Source: the human T2T-CHM13v2.0 reference genome, Homo sapiens
Length of the DNA: 64,000 nt
Strand: one strand, 5' to 3'
Assembly (NCBI RefSeq): GCF_009914755.1
Contig: NC_060937.1
In this document: piece by piece, positions 45,847 to 61,517 of the stretch
How the letters are laid out: every line of letters starts with the position of its first letter
Numbering within the stretch: the first letter of the stretch is position 1
The notes under the pieces: model-generated
Database searches by the model: none
Told to the model about the DNA's origin: nothing
What the model saw: the letters and a program-made list of their open reading frames with translations, nothing else
Position numbers and translations under genes: made by a program

Positions 45847-46464
45847 TGTTAATGAAAAACCAAACTCTGTAAAACATTTTAAAGAGGTTTATTGGGACCC
45901 CTAATACGGTGACCACAGCTTGGAGAAAAAACAAACCCAAGAAGCCTAGAGTGAGTGTTCCTGAGGTGCCTGGATTACAGTCTGGCTTCATGCACTTTAG
46001 GGGACAGGCGTTACAGGTGGACGAGATATATATTGGCTCAGCTCGAACACGCGGGATATCTGGAAGCAAGCCTTATCGGTTATAGGTGGATTCAGAGAGT
46101 CTTCAGTTTGCGGCTGGTTAAAGGAGCAAAGCTTTATCTAAAACCTAGAGTCAGCGATGAGGACATCTGCACCCGAAACATGGGGCAGGGGTGACTAACA
46201 GGGTGCATGACTTGACTTAACCCTCGTCTGACATGGTCTTGGGTCCTGTTTGTAACTGGGGCTCTTATTGCCACGGTCAGTTCTGTCAGCCTTCTGATCT
46301 CTGTTTTGACATTAATGCCTAAATTCCAAAGGGAGTGGGAACAGCCAGGCGTCCAATCTCCCTTCCTGTTGCGGCCGGGAACTGTTTTCCAGGTTTCTCT
46401 GGGGTCCCCTTGGCCAAGAGCGGGTCCATGTAGTCACTGGGGGCCTTAGGACGTTATTTTTGGT
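45847..46464 (-). mobile_element. MER4C-like LTR
   Basis: TGTTAATGAAAAACCAAACTCTGTAAAA … GGTTTCTCTGGGGTCCCCTTGGCCAAGAG…TTATTTTTGGT, antisense to the MER4 copy at 14272. Confidence 0.8.
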
Positions 46465-46469
46465 GCCTG

Positions 46470-47083
46470 TGTTGGGGCTTAGAAGATCATACTCCAAAAT
46501 GAGGGCCCCAGCAGCAGCCTCTGAAGCAAGTTTCTGTCTGAGCTTCTCCCATCCTCTGTGTCTCAGTACCACTCTCACTCAAGGTGCCATAGAAATGGGA
46601 ATCCTTCTTCCCCACAGTGGGTCCTAGAAACCAGAACCCCTTTCCCCAAAGCCAGCCATACAACCAAAAACTAGGGCTCTAATTTTCCCTGTGCCTCTGT
46701 GTGTACAAACTGGCCATAAAGAAATGGTCTGACCTACCTGGCTTGGCTGTAGCTCCTAAGACCCCCATTCCAGAGAGGGTCCCACCCACACCCAGAAGGA
46801 GAGGGCGCTGCTCAGAGAGGCCAAGGAGAATCCAGACACACAGACCAGGCTGGCTTTCCCCACTCAGTCCATTAGCATCAGATCCAGCTAAGCCTCCAAT
46901 CCTATTTCTACATGGCTGCCCATACTTCATTGAACCTAAGCATAAAAATGAGCTGTTTATCTGAAGGGTCCCTTGTATACACATTAATTTGTGTGCCTTT
47001 TCTCCAGTTAATCTGCTTTTTGTGAGTTGACTTTTCAGAGAACCCTTGTAAGGCTGAGGGAAAAGCTCTCCCTTGGCCCCACA
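46470..47083 (+). mobile_element. MER39B-like solo LTR
   Basis: TGTTGGGGCTTAGAAG…CCAAAATGAGGGCC start and CCTTGGCCCCACA end; TSD CCT(G/A). Confidence 0.8.
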
Positions 47084-47361
47084 CCTACATAATGGAACCT
47101 CCATGATGTACACATAATTTAGGATGTCTATCCTAAATCATGGGGTTCCAAAAACTCCCAGGGTGGTGAATTCATCCAGATGCCGGGAGGGAGGACGGTG
47201 CACTGCAACCCAGGTTGTTAGTCTCAGAATTGAATGGAATTCCAGGACATCCAGTTGGCATCCAAGGAGCTGGAAAACTGGGTGGTGTGGGAAATAAAAA
47301 CCTGATAGGTTTGGGATCATGAGAGAAAGAGATACCCTTTAGCCACCTTCTCTGTTTCCTC

Positions 47362-47950
<589 letters not shown>

Positions 47951-48429
47951 AGTCCTGGATAACCCTCTCTGCCCTGTCTCCTTCCCACCTACCGCCCTGA
48001 AGGCTGCTTCCGCCTCTGCCCAGACTGCAGATGCTCCCAGGCTGTGTCCTCTGCCCGCCTCTTCTCTCCAGCCCTCTCTCATGGCAGTCCCACCTGACAA
48101 CTCCCATGGCCTCCTGGGTGTCCTGCAAAGGCCTTGTCACTGGTGTCACTCCTCCAGGCCTCAGATAATTCCAGATACACAAGCGCTCTCCCAACAAGCC
48201 ATATTCTCACCTCTGCAAAGCATTTCCAAGCATCTCCGTTTCCTCTGCATAAGCGACACGGCCCAGCCACCCGAGCCCTCGTTGCCATCCACCACTGGGC
48301 ATCAGCTTCCACTCCCGTCTTTCTCGTGTCCTCTGGTCCAGCCCCTGGTGAGCTCCAGCCAAGCACCGCCTACTGGGCCTCTGGTCTTTACCTGTTCTGT
48401 TCCCTCTGCCTGGAGTTTTTTTAAGTAGA

Positions 48430-49590
48430 AAAACGCGAGAATGTGGAGTGGGAATGTAAAATGGTGTGGCTGCTGCAGAAAACACTTTGGTGGTTCCTGA
48501 AAAAGTTTAGGCATACACTTAGCATGGGACTCAGCATTTACCCCTTAAGCACACGCCCCATGGAAACAAAACCTGTTCCCTCGGAAACGCGCACACAGAC
48601 GCTCGTAGCTACGTCCTTCGTAACAGCTGGAAGGCGGATGTTGGGAACAGGCCCCCCAAAATCTGGCCATAAACTGGCCCCAAAACTGGCCATAAACAAA
48701 ATCTCTGCAGCACTGTAACATGCTCATGATGGTCATGACGCCCACGCTGGAAGGTTGTGGGTTTACCGGAATGAGGGCAAGGAACGCCTGGCCCATTCAG
48801 GGCGGAAAACCGCTTAAAGACATTCTTAATCCACAAACAATAGCGTGAGCGATCTGTGCCTTAAGGGCATGCTCCTCCTGCAGGTAACCAGCCAAACCCA
48901 TCCCTTTATTTCCAGCCCATCCCTTTATTTCCCATAAAGAATGCCTTTAAATCTATAATCTATAAAAACAATGCTTATCACTGGCTTGCTGTCAATAAAT
49001 ATGTGGGTAAATCTCTGTTCAAGGCTCTCAGCTCTGAAGGCTGTCAGCCCCGATTTCCCACTCCACACCTCTGTATTTCTGTGTGTGTGTGTGTCTTTAA
49101 TTCCTCTAGCGCCGCTGGGTTAGGGTCTCCCTGACTGAGCTGGTCTCGGCAGGCGGAGACGACCGGGTGTCCACCACAGGTGAAGGGATTAACAAATGGT
49201 GCCCGGTCCCTGGGGTGGGATATTATGCATCTGTGAACAGAAGTGAGACACTGATACACTGAGGGGACTCAGGGGCCACCACTGGGATGAGGCTTGGAAA
49301 TGTGGCTTCCACCGAAAGAAGTGAGACACAAACGTTCGCACACCGCGTGATTCCTTTTATATGAAATATCCAAAACGGACAAATCCATAGAGACAGAAAG
49401 CAGATCTGTGGTTTCCAGAGGATGGGGAAGGAATGAGGAGTGATTACTTAATGGGGATGAGCTGTTGTTCTGGAGGGATGAAATGTTCTGAAACTGGAGA
49501 AGCAGAGGTTGCACAACGTCGTGAATCCAGCAAATGCCGCTGAAGTATATGCTTCAAGATGGCTGTTAAGTGAATTTCACTCCATAAAAG
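48430..49590 (+). mobile_element. L1MB-type 3' end split by MER9
   Basis: GTGGGAATGTAAAATGGTG…; ATTCCTTTTATATGAAATATCCA…AAATCCATAGAGACAGAAAGCAGAT…GGTTGCACAAC. Confidence 0.85.
48639..49151 (+). mobile_element. MER9a solo LTR (HERV-K9/HML-3)
   Basis: TGTTGGGAACAGGCCCCCCAAAATCTGGCCATAAAC … GCTGGTCTCGGCA, with 6-bp TSD GGCGGA. Confidence 0.93.
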
Positions 49591-52500
49591 GTGTGTTTTA
49601 GAGGGTTATGCCCATGAGCGAGCCTACCTATACATGTGCAGTGTCACATTACTGAGACGATTCTGTTTAGAGCAAAGCCACCTACCTCCCACGTCCCTTT
49701 CCAGCCTGTCTTCTTAGCCACCTGCCTCCCACATCCTTCTCCAGCTTTGTCTCCTTGCATGCAGCCCTCTCAGGGCTTTTGAGGCCTGGAGGCCAAGGGT
49801 GCTGGGAGGTCCCACTTTGTACCCTCTCCCGAGAGCTTTGAGGGGTACCTGCCGCCTCTAGCTGTGCCTTCTCTGTGCCCTTCAACTCTGGAGTGAGGTC
49901 AGATCTTGGCTCTGGGGCCACCACCAGCTGTTTCAGGCTTGCAAAGTTCTGTCCGACAAAATACAGCTCCGCTTCCCTGTGGGGGGAAGCATTGGCCCCA
50001 ACAGGCCTTCTTCACCAACGGGGACAGCAGTCCCTTGAGTGGAGCCCTGGACTCAGGGAGCTCTGGTCAGTGAAACTCTCAGCGAGGGGCTAAGGGTATG
50101 GGGACCTTCATATGTGGGACAGGCTCCTCGCTGGGGACGCTGCCACCAGGCCTGTGAGGCAGCCAGCCAAGTTCCACTTGCTGCAGCTGGGGCTGCTCTG
50201 GACGGCCAATCCAGACACCTCCCCCCTCTCCACCCTCTTTCCATCCTCAGGTTTGCATTTCTTAGGTCTGGCACTTCAACTGCAAAGTACAAGTCCTGGG
50301 CTATCTCCTCCTGCTCTGCTGAAGGCCACGTCGATGCTTGGAAGGTAGGGTCAGCCCAGTCCCTTGCTCCACACACCCAACTACACTGATGGAGCGACCG
50401 TCTACACAGGGATCCTACGGTGGGGAGTGAGCCTTGCTGGCCTGATGCATGGCAGTGGTTCCTGCTCCAATAAGACCAAGAATAATTAATAACTGTGACT
50501 AAGTTAGAAGCTTTGGCTGCATCTGAATTCACCAGCGTTTCCAGCTCCTGAGGCCATGTGCGGTGTCACCTCACTCCTGGCAGACAGACTCCCACTCGGA
50601 GGATGATTTTTCATAGCCAGGGTCGCTCTGTGGACCTTGGATGGACCAACGTGCTTTCCATGTCCAACTTTGTCAAGATCCGGGGAAGATTCTCCAGCAA
50701 GTCTCTTGGAAACATGTGCATGTGGCCCCAGGCGACGTGAGGGGTGCAGTCTGCCTGCGTTATGCAATGCTCAGGCCAGTTTTCCCTGAGAGAGGAATGC
50801 TGCCGATCCTCTGCGGTAACCCACAAAACTCCACGGAGATGCTTGGAAGGAAAAGCATCGCGTCCTCCAGATGTTTTGAAATGTTCAAGTATTTAAAAGG
50901 GAAATGGAATTTCTGTTTATCCTTTTAAGTGACAATTATTCATTGCGTCTTCCTGGCCACAGCTCATTCAGCACTACTGCAGATCCGGCCAGACCCCCAG
51001 GAGCCGCGGCCCCTGCACAGCCAAGGCCAAGAAGCTCCCATCGTGGAGGGGGGCGCATTCCGGACCTGTGAGGCCCGGGGTTCGTTTTTATGCCTCCTTA
51101 AAGGGATGAGCCAGAGAAGAAAGTCTTCGCAAAGCCTTTGCCCCAGGAGGGGCGGGGCTGCGCAGGGCGCCTGTGGAGGCTGTGGCCGGGCAGGTGGGGA
51201 GGCTCACACACAGGCCAGAGGCTTCCCTGGAAACTGACGCCCTAGGGCAGGTCCAGCTCCTGGATGGTCGCAGGTGAAGAAACGCCAGGCCCAAGGGTCC
51301 TGGGAGAGAGAGGAGAACAGCGCCCAGGAAGAGGTGCAGTTTCCCAGGGACTGCAAGGGCCGCCGCCACCCTCCCACACCCCACGAGTGTGGGAATCTCG
51401 GGACTCGCTGCATCACCAGTCAGCCCAGGGCAGGCTGCTGACCCTCCCTTGGCCTCAGTTTCCTCATCTGTAAAATGGAAAAAGAAGCATGTCCACCTCA
51501 CCAGTGGTCACAGTCACAGGTGCTGACATGGAGAAGGATTGATGCGTCCTCCTGAGTGCTGCCTTGTCATGCTATAAACCAGGAGGCCTGGCTCTCTGCC
51601 TCCCGGGAAGGTCTGTTTCTAATCCTGTGCTGGGTCTGCGTGGCTCCATGGCCTCAGAGGCTGACACCGAGTGTGGTGTCCCTGGGTCACCGTGCTCCTT
51701 GGTTTGGTCCAGCAGGAGAAAGGGCAGCCTGCCAAGGAGAAGGCTGTGAGCTTGGCAGGGGAGAACTTAGGCGCTGTGCCTTTGGGAGGCTGGGATTTAG
51801 ATCACGGCTGGGAAGCTAAGTCCTGACTGCACTGGCCGGAACCAATGGGCTCCAGTAGCCGGATGCTCTGCCAAGTCAGGAGGTAATAACCGCCACGGCC
51901 TGGGAGAGAAGCTGGCACAGCCGTGGGCCCCTGCCCTGCGGTCTGGCCTCGCAGGTCCCCAGGCCGTGTACAGACACTGTGCGGCAGGGAAGCAGAGGCA
52001 GCCATGGGGAGCAACCCTGTTCCTCAGTGCTACATGCCTACTCTCCCTGAGCTGATGTCTGGAAGACAGTAAAGGAGACCTGAGGCAGTGCTGCCCCTCC
52101 TTCCGTCTGCCACCTCCTCAGGGCTGGCCCAGGCCCTGCAGAGCAGGTGGTGGTGGCTGCTGGTGGTAAAGCCCGTCCATCCAGAGCCTCGCTCTGCTCC
52201 CAAACCACCCACCTCCCGCTGCACATGTGGCAGCTTCAGGAGCCTGGCGGGGCTAAGAGGAGATGACAGACCCCAGCAAGGACAGGCTCAGCTTCTTGGG
52301 GACCGAGTCATTGCCTGTTGCTTCTCCTGGGGGCCTCGACTGTCCGAGTGTGTTCAGGCACACGGTGCCCTGTCTGTTTCCCAGGCACTTGGGCCAAGGC
52401 TGGACAGGGAGGTGCCATGTGGGACGAAAGCCCAGGCTGTGCAGTGCTGGTCACCGGGAGTGACCATGGGTGAAGTCGCGCTGTGAGTGACTGCCTGTTA

Positions 52501-53161
52501 TCACTGACCACGCAGGGCCATCCTGGGTGACCCGCTGTGCCACAAGCAACTGGTTCACATTGGAGCCCCCCTCTGGAGCCCTGGGCAACCCGCTGCCAGT
52601 GGGCCTTTCTCCTGAGGCCCCTGGAGTCCCGGAGCATCCCGTGAGTTCATCTTCCATACCTGTGATTGCCATGTGGGCCCAGCGCCCTCCAATGGAAAAG
52701 CTGCATTCAGTTCTGCCCGAGGATCCCAGGCCTACGACACTGTCCTCAGGCTGCCAGGGAGCAGGAGGCTGTGGGGATCTGCGTTCTTGCCAGGCCTGGG
52801 AGCAGCAGCCAAAAAGTGGACTTACGTGGACAAAATGTTGGGCCAGGGAGGAGCCCTCGGCTCTGGACGGATGTCTCTGGTGCTTTTATGCCACGTGCAT
52901 TTCTGCAGATTTGATGCCCGGCAGCCAGCACTGGGCTGTGGCCATGGTGGTGAGGCAGCCTTGGGTCTGCACGAGGCTCGGAGGCCTCCAGGAACCTCCC
53001 AGGAATGTGACTGTGCCTGGAGAGAAGCGCCATCTGCACGGCGCAGTCCAGATGCTTCTCTCCTACAAGCCCATCATCAAACACACAGCTGCCCAGACTT
53101 CAGCAGGATTTGTGCACAAGAAACGCAAAGGCACAGTCCATCGGGTGAGGCAGAGGTGGAA

Positions 53162-53263
53162 GGAGCACCGGGGTGGGAGTGGAGGAGCACCGAGGCGGGG
53201 GCGCGGGAGCACCGAGGCGGGGGCGCAGGAGCACCGAGGCGGGGGCGCGGGAGCACTGAGGCT
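53162..53263. repeat. 22-bp GC-rich tandem repeat, about 4.6 copies
   Basis: GGAGCAC at 53162, 53184, 53206, 53228 and 53250. Confidence 0.93.
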
Positions 53264-54619
53264 GAGCTGTCTCTAGTGATCTCTCAAGCCTCAGTGCAGT
53301 GGCCACAGGGCAAGGTGCCTCCTGGTGTGTCCTCGCCTCCAAATCAGGCTGCTCCACTTCCCAGGTCAGAGTCCTGGGGGGTTGTGTTGACCCTGAGCCC
53401 CCACGAGCATCCAATCCAGCAGAGCTGGAAGGACCCAAGAACCTGCATTCCTCATGGCTCCCATCATGCTTCCGGTCCAGGAGCCACCATCCAGACCACA
53501 CTCCCATTCATCCCCTGGCCACGGAAGCTGAAGCCTTGGTTTCCCCACCTGTAAAGTGGGAGTATCAACATCACCCACATCAAAGGGCCTGGATTAGATG
53601 CGGTGATGCCCGTGGACTTTAGCAGCCCCGGTCCTCCAGGGGCCCTCCCAGGGAGCTGAGGCCCGGGTGGTCCTGGCGGCCGCTCCTTCTCCAGGCCGAA
53701 GACAGGAAGGTCTCTTGGGCTGACCTCAGGCAAGAGGCGGGGTGGGTCACGGCCTCCAGGGCCAGGCTGGGGCCTCCACAGAAAGCCCGTGGGTGGCGAG
53801 AGGGAGCCGGCTGGGGTGACTGAGGGTCGCTGGGTAGATGAGGGAGGGACCCGGGGTTCTTGTGTTCACGTGTGTATTTGCCCCGTGTTTCTGCTGACAT
53901 GCCACGTGTGCAACAAACAGGCTTGGCGAGCCATCCCCACCACCCAGGCCGAGACGCCAGACGTGACTGGCACCCCAGGGTTCCCTCCCGGCCCCCAGAG
54001 GTAACCCCAATGCTGGTTTACCACAGAGGACTCATTCTGCCTGTTTTAGGGTTTTGAGTAAATGAAACCCAACAGCGTGCAGTCTTTTTGCCTGGCTTCC
54101 CTTTAACCACGTCTGAGAGGCTCACTTTGCGGTTGCTTCTGTGGCTCCTGGACAGTTTCCCTTGTGCGGACACAACTCAGTGAGAGCACCCCTTCTTCCA
54201 TTTGTAGACTTTCCAAATAGTCCAGGCGAGAGAGGCTCAGGTCTTGAGTTCAGGGAGGGGCAATGCACAAGCAGACGCCAAGTGGAAGGGAGTACACCCC
54301 TCCCTTGGCGGGGAGGCCCTCGGGCTGGTGGGGATGAGCGCCCCTCAGACGGCACCTGCGGGTGACAGGGTGTGACATTCTGCTGTTTCTCGGAAGTAAC
54401 TCGCAAGCAGCATGGGGGTTCCTAGTGTGTTTCACAGACTCTCACCAAATGTTAGGGTTCACTCCTTGTCCTACAGCTTAAATACACCAAAAGTGAGAAA
54501 ATTACGAGATAACATTTCCCTCAGAGACCCATATTCTGTGTTAAAGAATTCTTCCTTCTACCTAAATCCATCTCTTTACGGTCAGATGTCATTGGTTGTG
54601 GTATTTTGTCCATTTTCAG

Positions 54620-57215
<2,596 letters not shown>

Positions 57216-57706
57216 AGACACACAGGATGGATGGAGATGAGTCGGATGCATGGGCAAGGGTGTGGGGCCACAATTAGAAGAAGGGTTCTTGCAATTTTCC
57301 TTTTAAAAATCACTTTCAAATAAAGGAAATAGACCCACACATACATGGTAAATTACTTTCCAACCAAGGTGCCAAGACAACTCAATGGGAAAAGAAAGAT
57401 TGTGTGTGCTGTGGGCTAATTGGCTACGGTGAATCGAACTGCCCTCCAAACAGTGGACTCTGGGCAAGTGCTCGAGGCCTGCCTTTCAGTGGTGATCCTC
57501 ACCACGCCATCTGGGCCCCACTGCTGGGCTCCACGCATACACACTGGAAAACCAGACCTGAGCGTGTCGCTGCGGAGATGTGCTGTAAGCCACCCTGATG
57601 GGGTCACACGGGAACTCCGCCAGCACCTCTAACGGGCCCCACTTGGTAGGTGCCCCAGTTATGGTCTCCAGAATCCAGCCAGGAGGGAATGTAGTCTGAA
57701 GAGAAG

Positions 57707-57978
57707 CAAGTTCTAAACGGGCTCTGGGAAGGGGCTGTCCTTGCACCCGGAGTGAGGACGAGGTATTGGCCCTGTGGGGAGCTGACTGGCTACAGGGAAA
57801 TATTTTTGAGGAAATCCTGGCCTTCTTCCCTTCCATTCCCACTGGCTCAAAGGAGCCAAGGCATTCCTCCCTCTTCTGGGCAAGTTCTCCATTTTGCTTC
57901 CGACGTTACAAGCCACTTCAGACCCTTCCTCCCAGCACAGCCCGAGGGGGGGAACAGTTTCCTGGCCAGTGGCGAGAG
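57707..57978 (+). repeat. 272-bp dispersed direct repeat, copy 1
   Basis: Aligns by eye end to end with 59098-59371, differing mostly by transitions. Confidence 0.95.
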
Positions 57979-59097
57979 GGCCTGGGCTGGCCGCCTTCCT
58001 GAGGCCTCAGCCTCGCTGGGATGGGGCTTGGTCCCTGCGGCTGTGGCAGTGACTCGGCCCCCGGCGCCCTTCAGCTCCTCAGGGAGAGGTGGAAAACAGC
58101 TCTGGAAAGCCACTGGGAGGGGCGACTGCAGAGGTTAGGGGCCCCTGGCCCTGACCGCTGCTTCTCCAGCAAGCCTGGCCCCCTTGTGCTATTAACCAAG
58201 AAATGCTTGGCCTGTTTGCTTCCGGCTGTGAAGCGCTGGCCCTGGTGGAAGCCAGGACAAACAGAGCCCGGGGTAGCTGCTGCGGGGCTGAGCTGGGCTG
58301 AGCCAAGTCCTGATTCTACCAACCCTGGCTTTTGTGGGATTTCAAATTGTCCTCTTAAATATCTCCCAGAAAGCAAACATTCTTCCTCTTTAATGAGGAA
58401 AGGGATTGGTAGAAGGGGTCTCTTGACATCTCCCTGGAAGGGCCAAACTGGCAGCCACTGGCAACACCACTCGGGTTACCCACGGCAACCATTGTTTTGG
58501 GGTAAACTGTATACGTGCCCTTAGGGTGGGAGTTTTCCTGCCGGGAATGCATTTTCATTTTTACACTGAACTTTTCTCTGCTCCCAGCCCGCCAGCCACC
58601 AGCAAAATACACCTCCCAGATTAGGGTGCTTTAAAAGAGAAATAAACAGCCCTGTGCCCCCAGGGGCCATGCTTGGGCCTAGTGTCAGCTAAAAAATAGC
58701 AGCTTTATGAATCGTGATCACAGACAATCCTTGTGCCATGTGAAATGGACGCAGTCACACTGGATATCATTTTAAAATCTAGAGTTGTTTAGCACTGAGT
58801 TGATGAAAAGACGGCAGGATTCCATTAAGTTCAAAGTTCTCTAGCATTGGACAGAAAAGCCATCTACACGTAACCGATTTTCATCAAGTTCAGAGGCTCA
58901 AAGATGGAGGTGGAAAAGACAGACCTCAATGAAGAGCCGGAGAAACTCAGGAGTCAATTGAGTCATCAGCCCAGGTGAGTGTGGCTGCTTGGAGTCTCTG
59001 GGTGAGCAAGTAACTGCCAGCGGCTTCTTCCTACTCAAGGCCCGGATAGAGCCCATTCATCCAGGCAACATCCATGAGTGTTGATAGAACATTCATC

Positions 59098-59371
59098 CAA
59101 GTTCTAAATGGGCTCTGGGAAGGGGCCGTCCTTGCGCCCAGAGTGAGGATGCGGTATTGGCCCCGTGGGGAGCTGACCGGCTATGGGGAAATATTTTTGA
59201 GGAAATCCTGGCCGCCTTCCCTTCCATTCCCACTGGCTCAAAGGAGCCAAGGCCTTCCTCCCTCTTCCGGGCAAGTCCTCCACTTTGCTTCCGACATTAC
59301 AAGCCACTTCAGACCCTTCCTCCCAGCACAGCCCGAGGAGGGGGAAACCGTTTCCTGGCCAGTGGCGAGAG
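59098..59371 (+). repeat. 274-bp dispersed direct repeat, copy 2
   Basis: CAAGTTCTAAA…CCTGGCCAGTGGCGAGAG, offset 1391 bp from copy 1. Confidence 0.95.
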
Positions 59372-60034
59372 CTGCAATAGAGAAACAGTTTTACACACGC
59401 AGAGCCGGCTAAACAGGACACTAGAGTTTTATTGTTACTCACATCAGCCTCCCTGAAAATGCAGAGACCAGGGTCTCTCAAGGCTAGTTTAGGGGAAGAG
59501 AGTCGGGTGGGTAGGCAAGGGCGCTTGCTGCTGACTGGTTGGGGGTGCAGTCGTCGGGGTGTGGGAAATGGTCCTTGTGCCCCGAGTCGCTTCTGGGTGG
59601 CACCAGGGAGGCTGACCGGTCCAGGGGGGGAAATCAGTTGTCAGACTTGCAAAAAACCTGAAAAGACATCTCAAAGGCCAGTCTTAGGTTCCACCGTAGT
59701 GACGTTATCTGCGGGAGTAGTTGGGAAGTTGCATATTTTGAGCTCCAGAATAAAGGGGGGTAATCCTTTGTGTCTCCATTTTAGCAGAATTCAGGCTCCT
59801 CTCGTCCTCGTAGCCTAGTGGTCTCTCAATAGCTTTACAAAGGCTGTTGAGTTTTGCGGAAGGGTTATTATCATTTAAGCTATAAACTAAATGTCTCCCA
59901 GAGTTAGCTTGGCCCAAGCCCAGGAATAATTAAGGGCAGTTTGAAGGCTAAAGGCAAGATGGGAGTTGGTTACCTCGGGTCTCTTTCACTGCCATAATTT
60001 TTCCACTGTTATAATTTTTGCAAAGGTGGGTTCA
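59372..60034 (-). mobile_element. LTR8A-like LTR, 3' end missing
   Basis: Ends …ATAATTTTTGCAAAGGTGGGTTCA (antisense of the LTR8 start); begins abruptly at CTGCAATAGAGAAA. Confidence 0.82.
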
Positions 60035-60328
60035 TGCCTGTGGCATCCCCGGTCCGAGGCTACAGGACTCTCCTCCCAGGGATCCAAGTGACTGTGCAGT
60101 GACCGTGGTCACGCCACAGCCACCAGCCAGAGTGCAGTCCACATCGTGGCCACGTATGGCTCCTACAATCTCAAGCTTGCCGAGAAGGCAGCCGTAAACC
60201 CGCACAGGTTAGAGTCCTTTCCCTTGGTTATGGTAACAATCATTAGCACTGGGGTCTTTCCGAATCCAGATGCAGCCACGACCTCTTCTCATACACAGCT
60301 GCAGGTGAGATGAACATCTCAGTAGCGT

Positions 60329-60931
60329 TGTAAACCAAAAGGCGTCTGAGATAAGGCTCAGTCAATTTAGGAAGTTTATTTTGCCAAAGTTCAGGACGCA
60401 CCTGTGACACAGCCTCCGGAGGTCCTGACAACATGCCTGAGGTGGTCGGCGCAGAGTTTGGTTTTACATATTTTAGGGAGACATGAGACATCAACATACA
60501 TCGGATGAACGCTGGTTCGGTCCGGAAAGGCGGGACAGATGGAAGCAGGGAGGAGGCTTCCAGGTCGTAGGTAGATAAGAGACAAACGGTTGCACTCCTG
60601 AGTTTCTGATTAGCCTTTTACGGAATGCACAATTTACAGGAATGGTCACTCATGCCTGAGTCTGGCTCAGTGAAATGAGGGCAGAGGAAGTGATCAGCTG
60701 TGTGCGTTTGTCTCACGGGAGCAGTGGGGTGACTTTGAGTTCTGTCTGTGCTTTGTCCACAAGGAATTTCTTTGTGGGCAAATCGTGAGGCAGGCGTGTA
60801 GCTTTTTAAAATCTTTGTAGTTCCCTTACTCAGGAATAGAATGGGAGACAGGTTTGCCTGGCACAGTTCCCAGCTGGACTTTTCTCTTAGGCTCAGCGAT
60901 CTGGGGTCCCGAGAATGATTTTCCTTTCACA
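60329..60931 (-). mobile_element. MER4A solo LTR
   Basis: TGTAAACCAAAAGGCGTCTGAGA…GGGGTCCCGAGAATGATTTTCCTTTCACA. Confidence 0.88.
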
Positions 60932-61049
60932 AGATGAACATGCAGCTCAAAGGGGGAGTGGGATGTGGTTGCGGCCTCAACTGAACGCCTCTCTGGACCC
61001 AATAATTAAAAGGACTTGCTCCTCAGATAAAAGTGCTTTTCTTTTCTCA
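60932..61049 (-). mobile_element. MER65-like LTR 5' fragment
   Basis: Reverse complement begins TGAGAAAAGAAAAGCACTTTTATCTGAGGAG, as at 47362. Confidence 0.7.
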
Positions 61050-61054
61050 ATAGT

Positions 61055-61517
61055 GAGTCTATGAGGTTCCTATCTGCTGCTTTAACAGATTACCACAAAC
61101 CTAGTGGCTTCCAACAGCTCAAATGTATTATCTTACAGTCCTGGAGGGGAAAGTGTGAAAAGGGCCTCAGGGTGCTGAAGGCAGGGCTGGCAGGAGCCTG
61201 GTGGAGAAGCCACTGCTTTCTTTTCTCAGCCTCCAGAGACGGCAGCAGCCTTGGCCCACGGCCCATCTTCAAACCCAGCATCTTCAAATTGCTCTCTCTT
61301 TGACCCGCCCACCTGCCTCTAAGGAGCCCAGACCTTACGCTGGGTCCAGCAGCCTCTCCATCCTCCCTAAACTCCAGGAGCACCCACCGAATAATCCAAG
61401 GCTATCTCCCGACTTGGGATTCCTAACCTAGTTCCCCCTGCAAGGTTGCCCTGTTCGAGGGTCCTGGGGGTTCAGCCTCCGACGTCTTTGGGAGGGGCCC
61501 TTGCTGTGCCCACCACT
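61055..61517 (-). mobile_element. MLT1C/D-type MaLR LTR
   Basis: TAACAGATTACCACAAACCTAGTGGCTT…TTATCTTACAGTCCTGGAGG…ATAATCCA…TCTTTGGGAGGGGCC. Confidence 0.8.

Larger units (their letters stand above)
45548..47325 (+). mobile_element. MER21-family LTR split by two other LTRs
   Basis: GTATTGTGATAATAACAAAATATAGATTTGGTC start; resumes at 47084 with CCTACATAATGGAACCTCCAT. Confidence 0.78.

Noticed and set aside
52527-53554. 249-aa and 293-aa ORFs
   Set aside because: Overlapping frames in GC-rich sequence that run through the 22-bp repeat; no recognisable domain or exon structure.
57707-59371. Novel small LTR retroelement bounded by the two 272-bp direct repeats
   Set aside because: No TG...CA ends, TSD, primer-binding site or poly(A) signal in the repeats.
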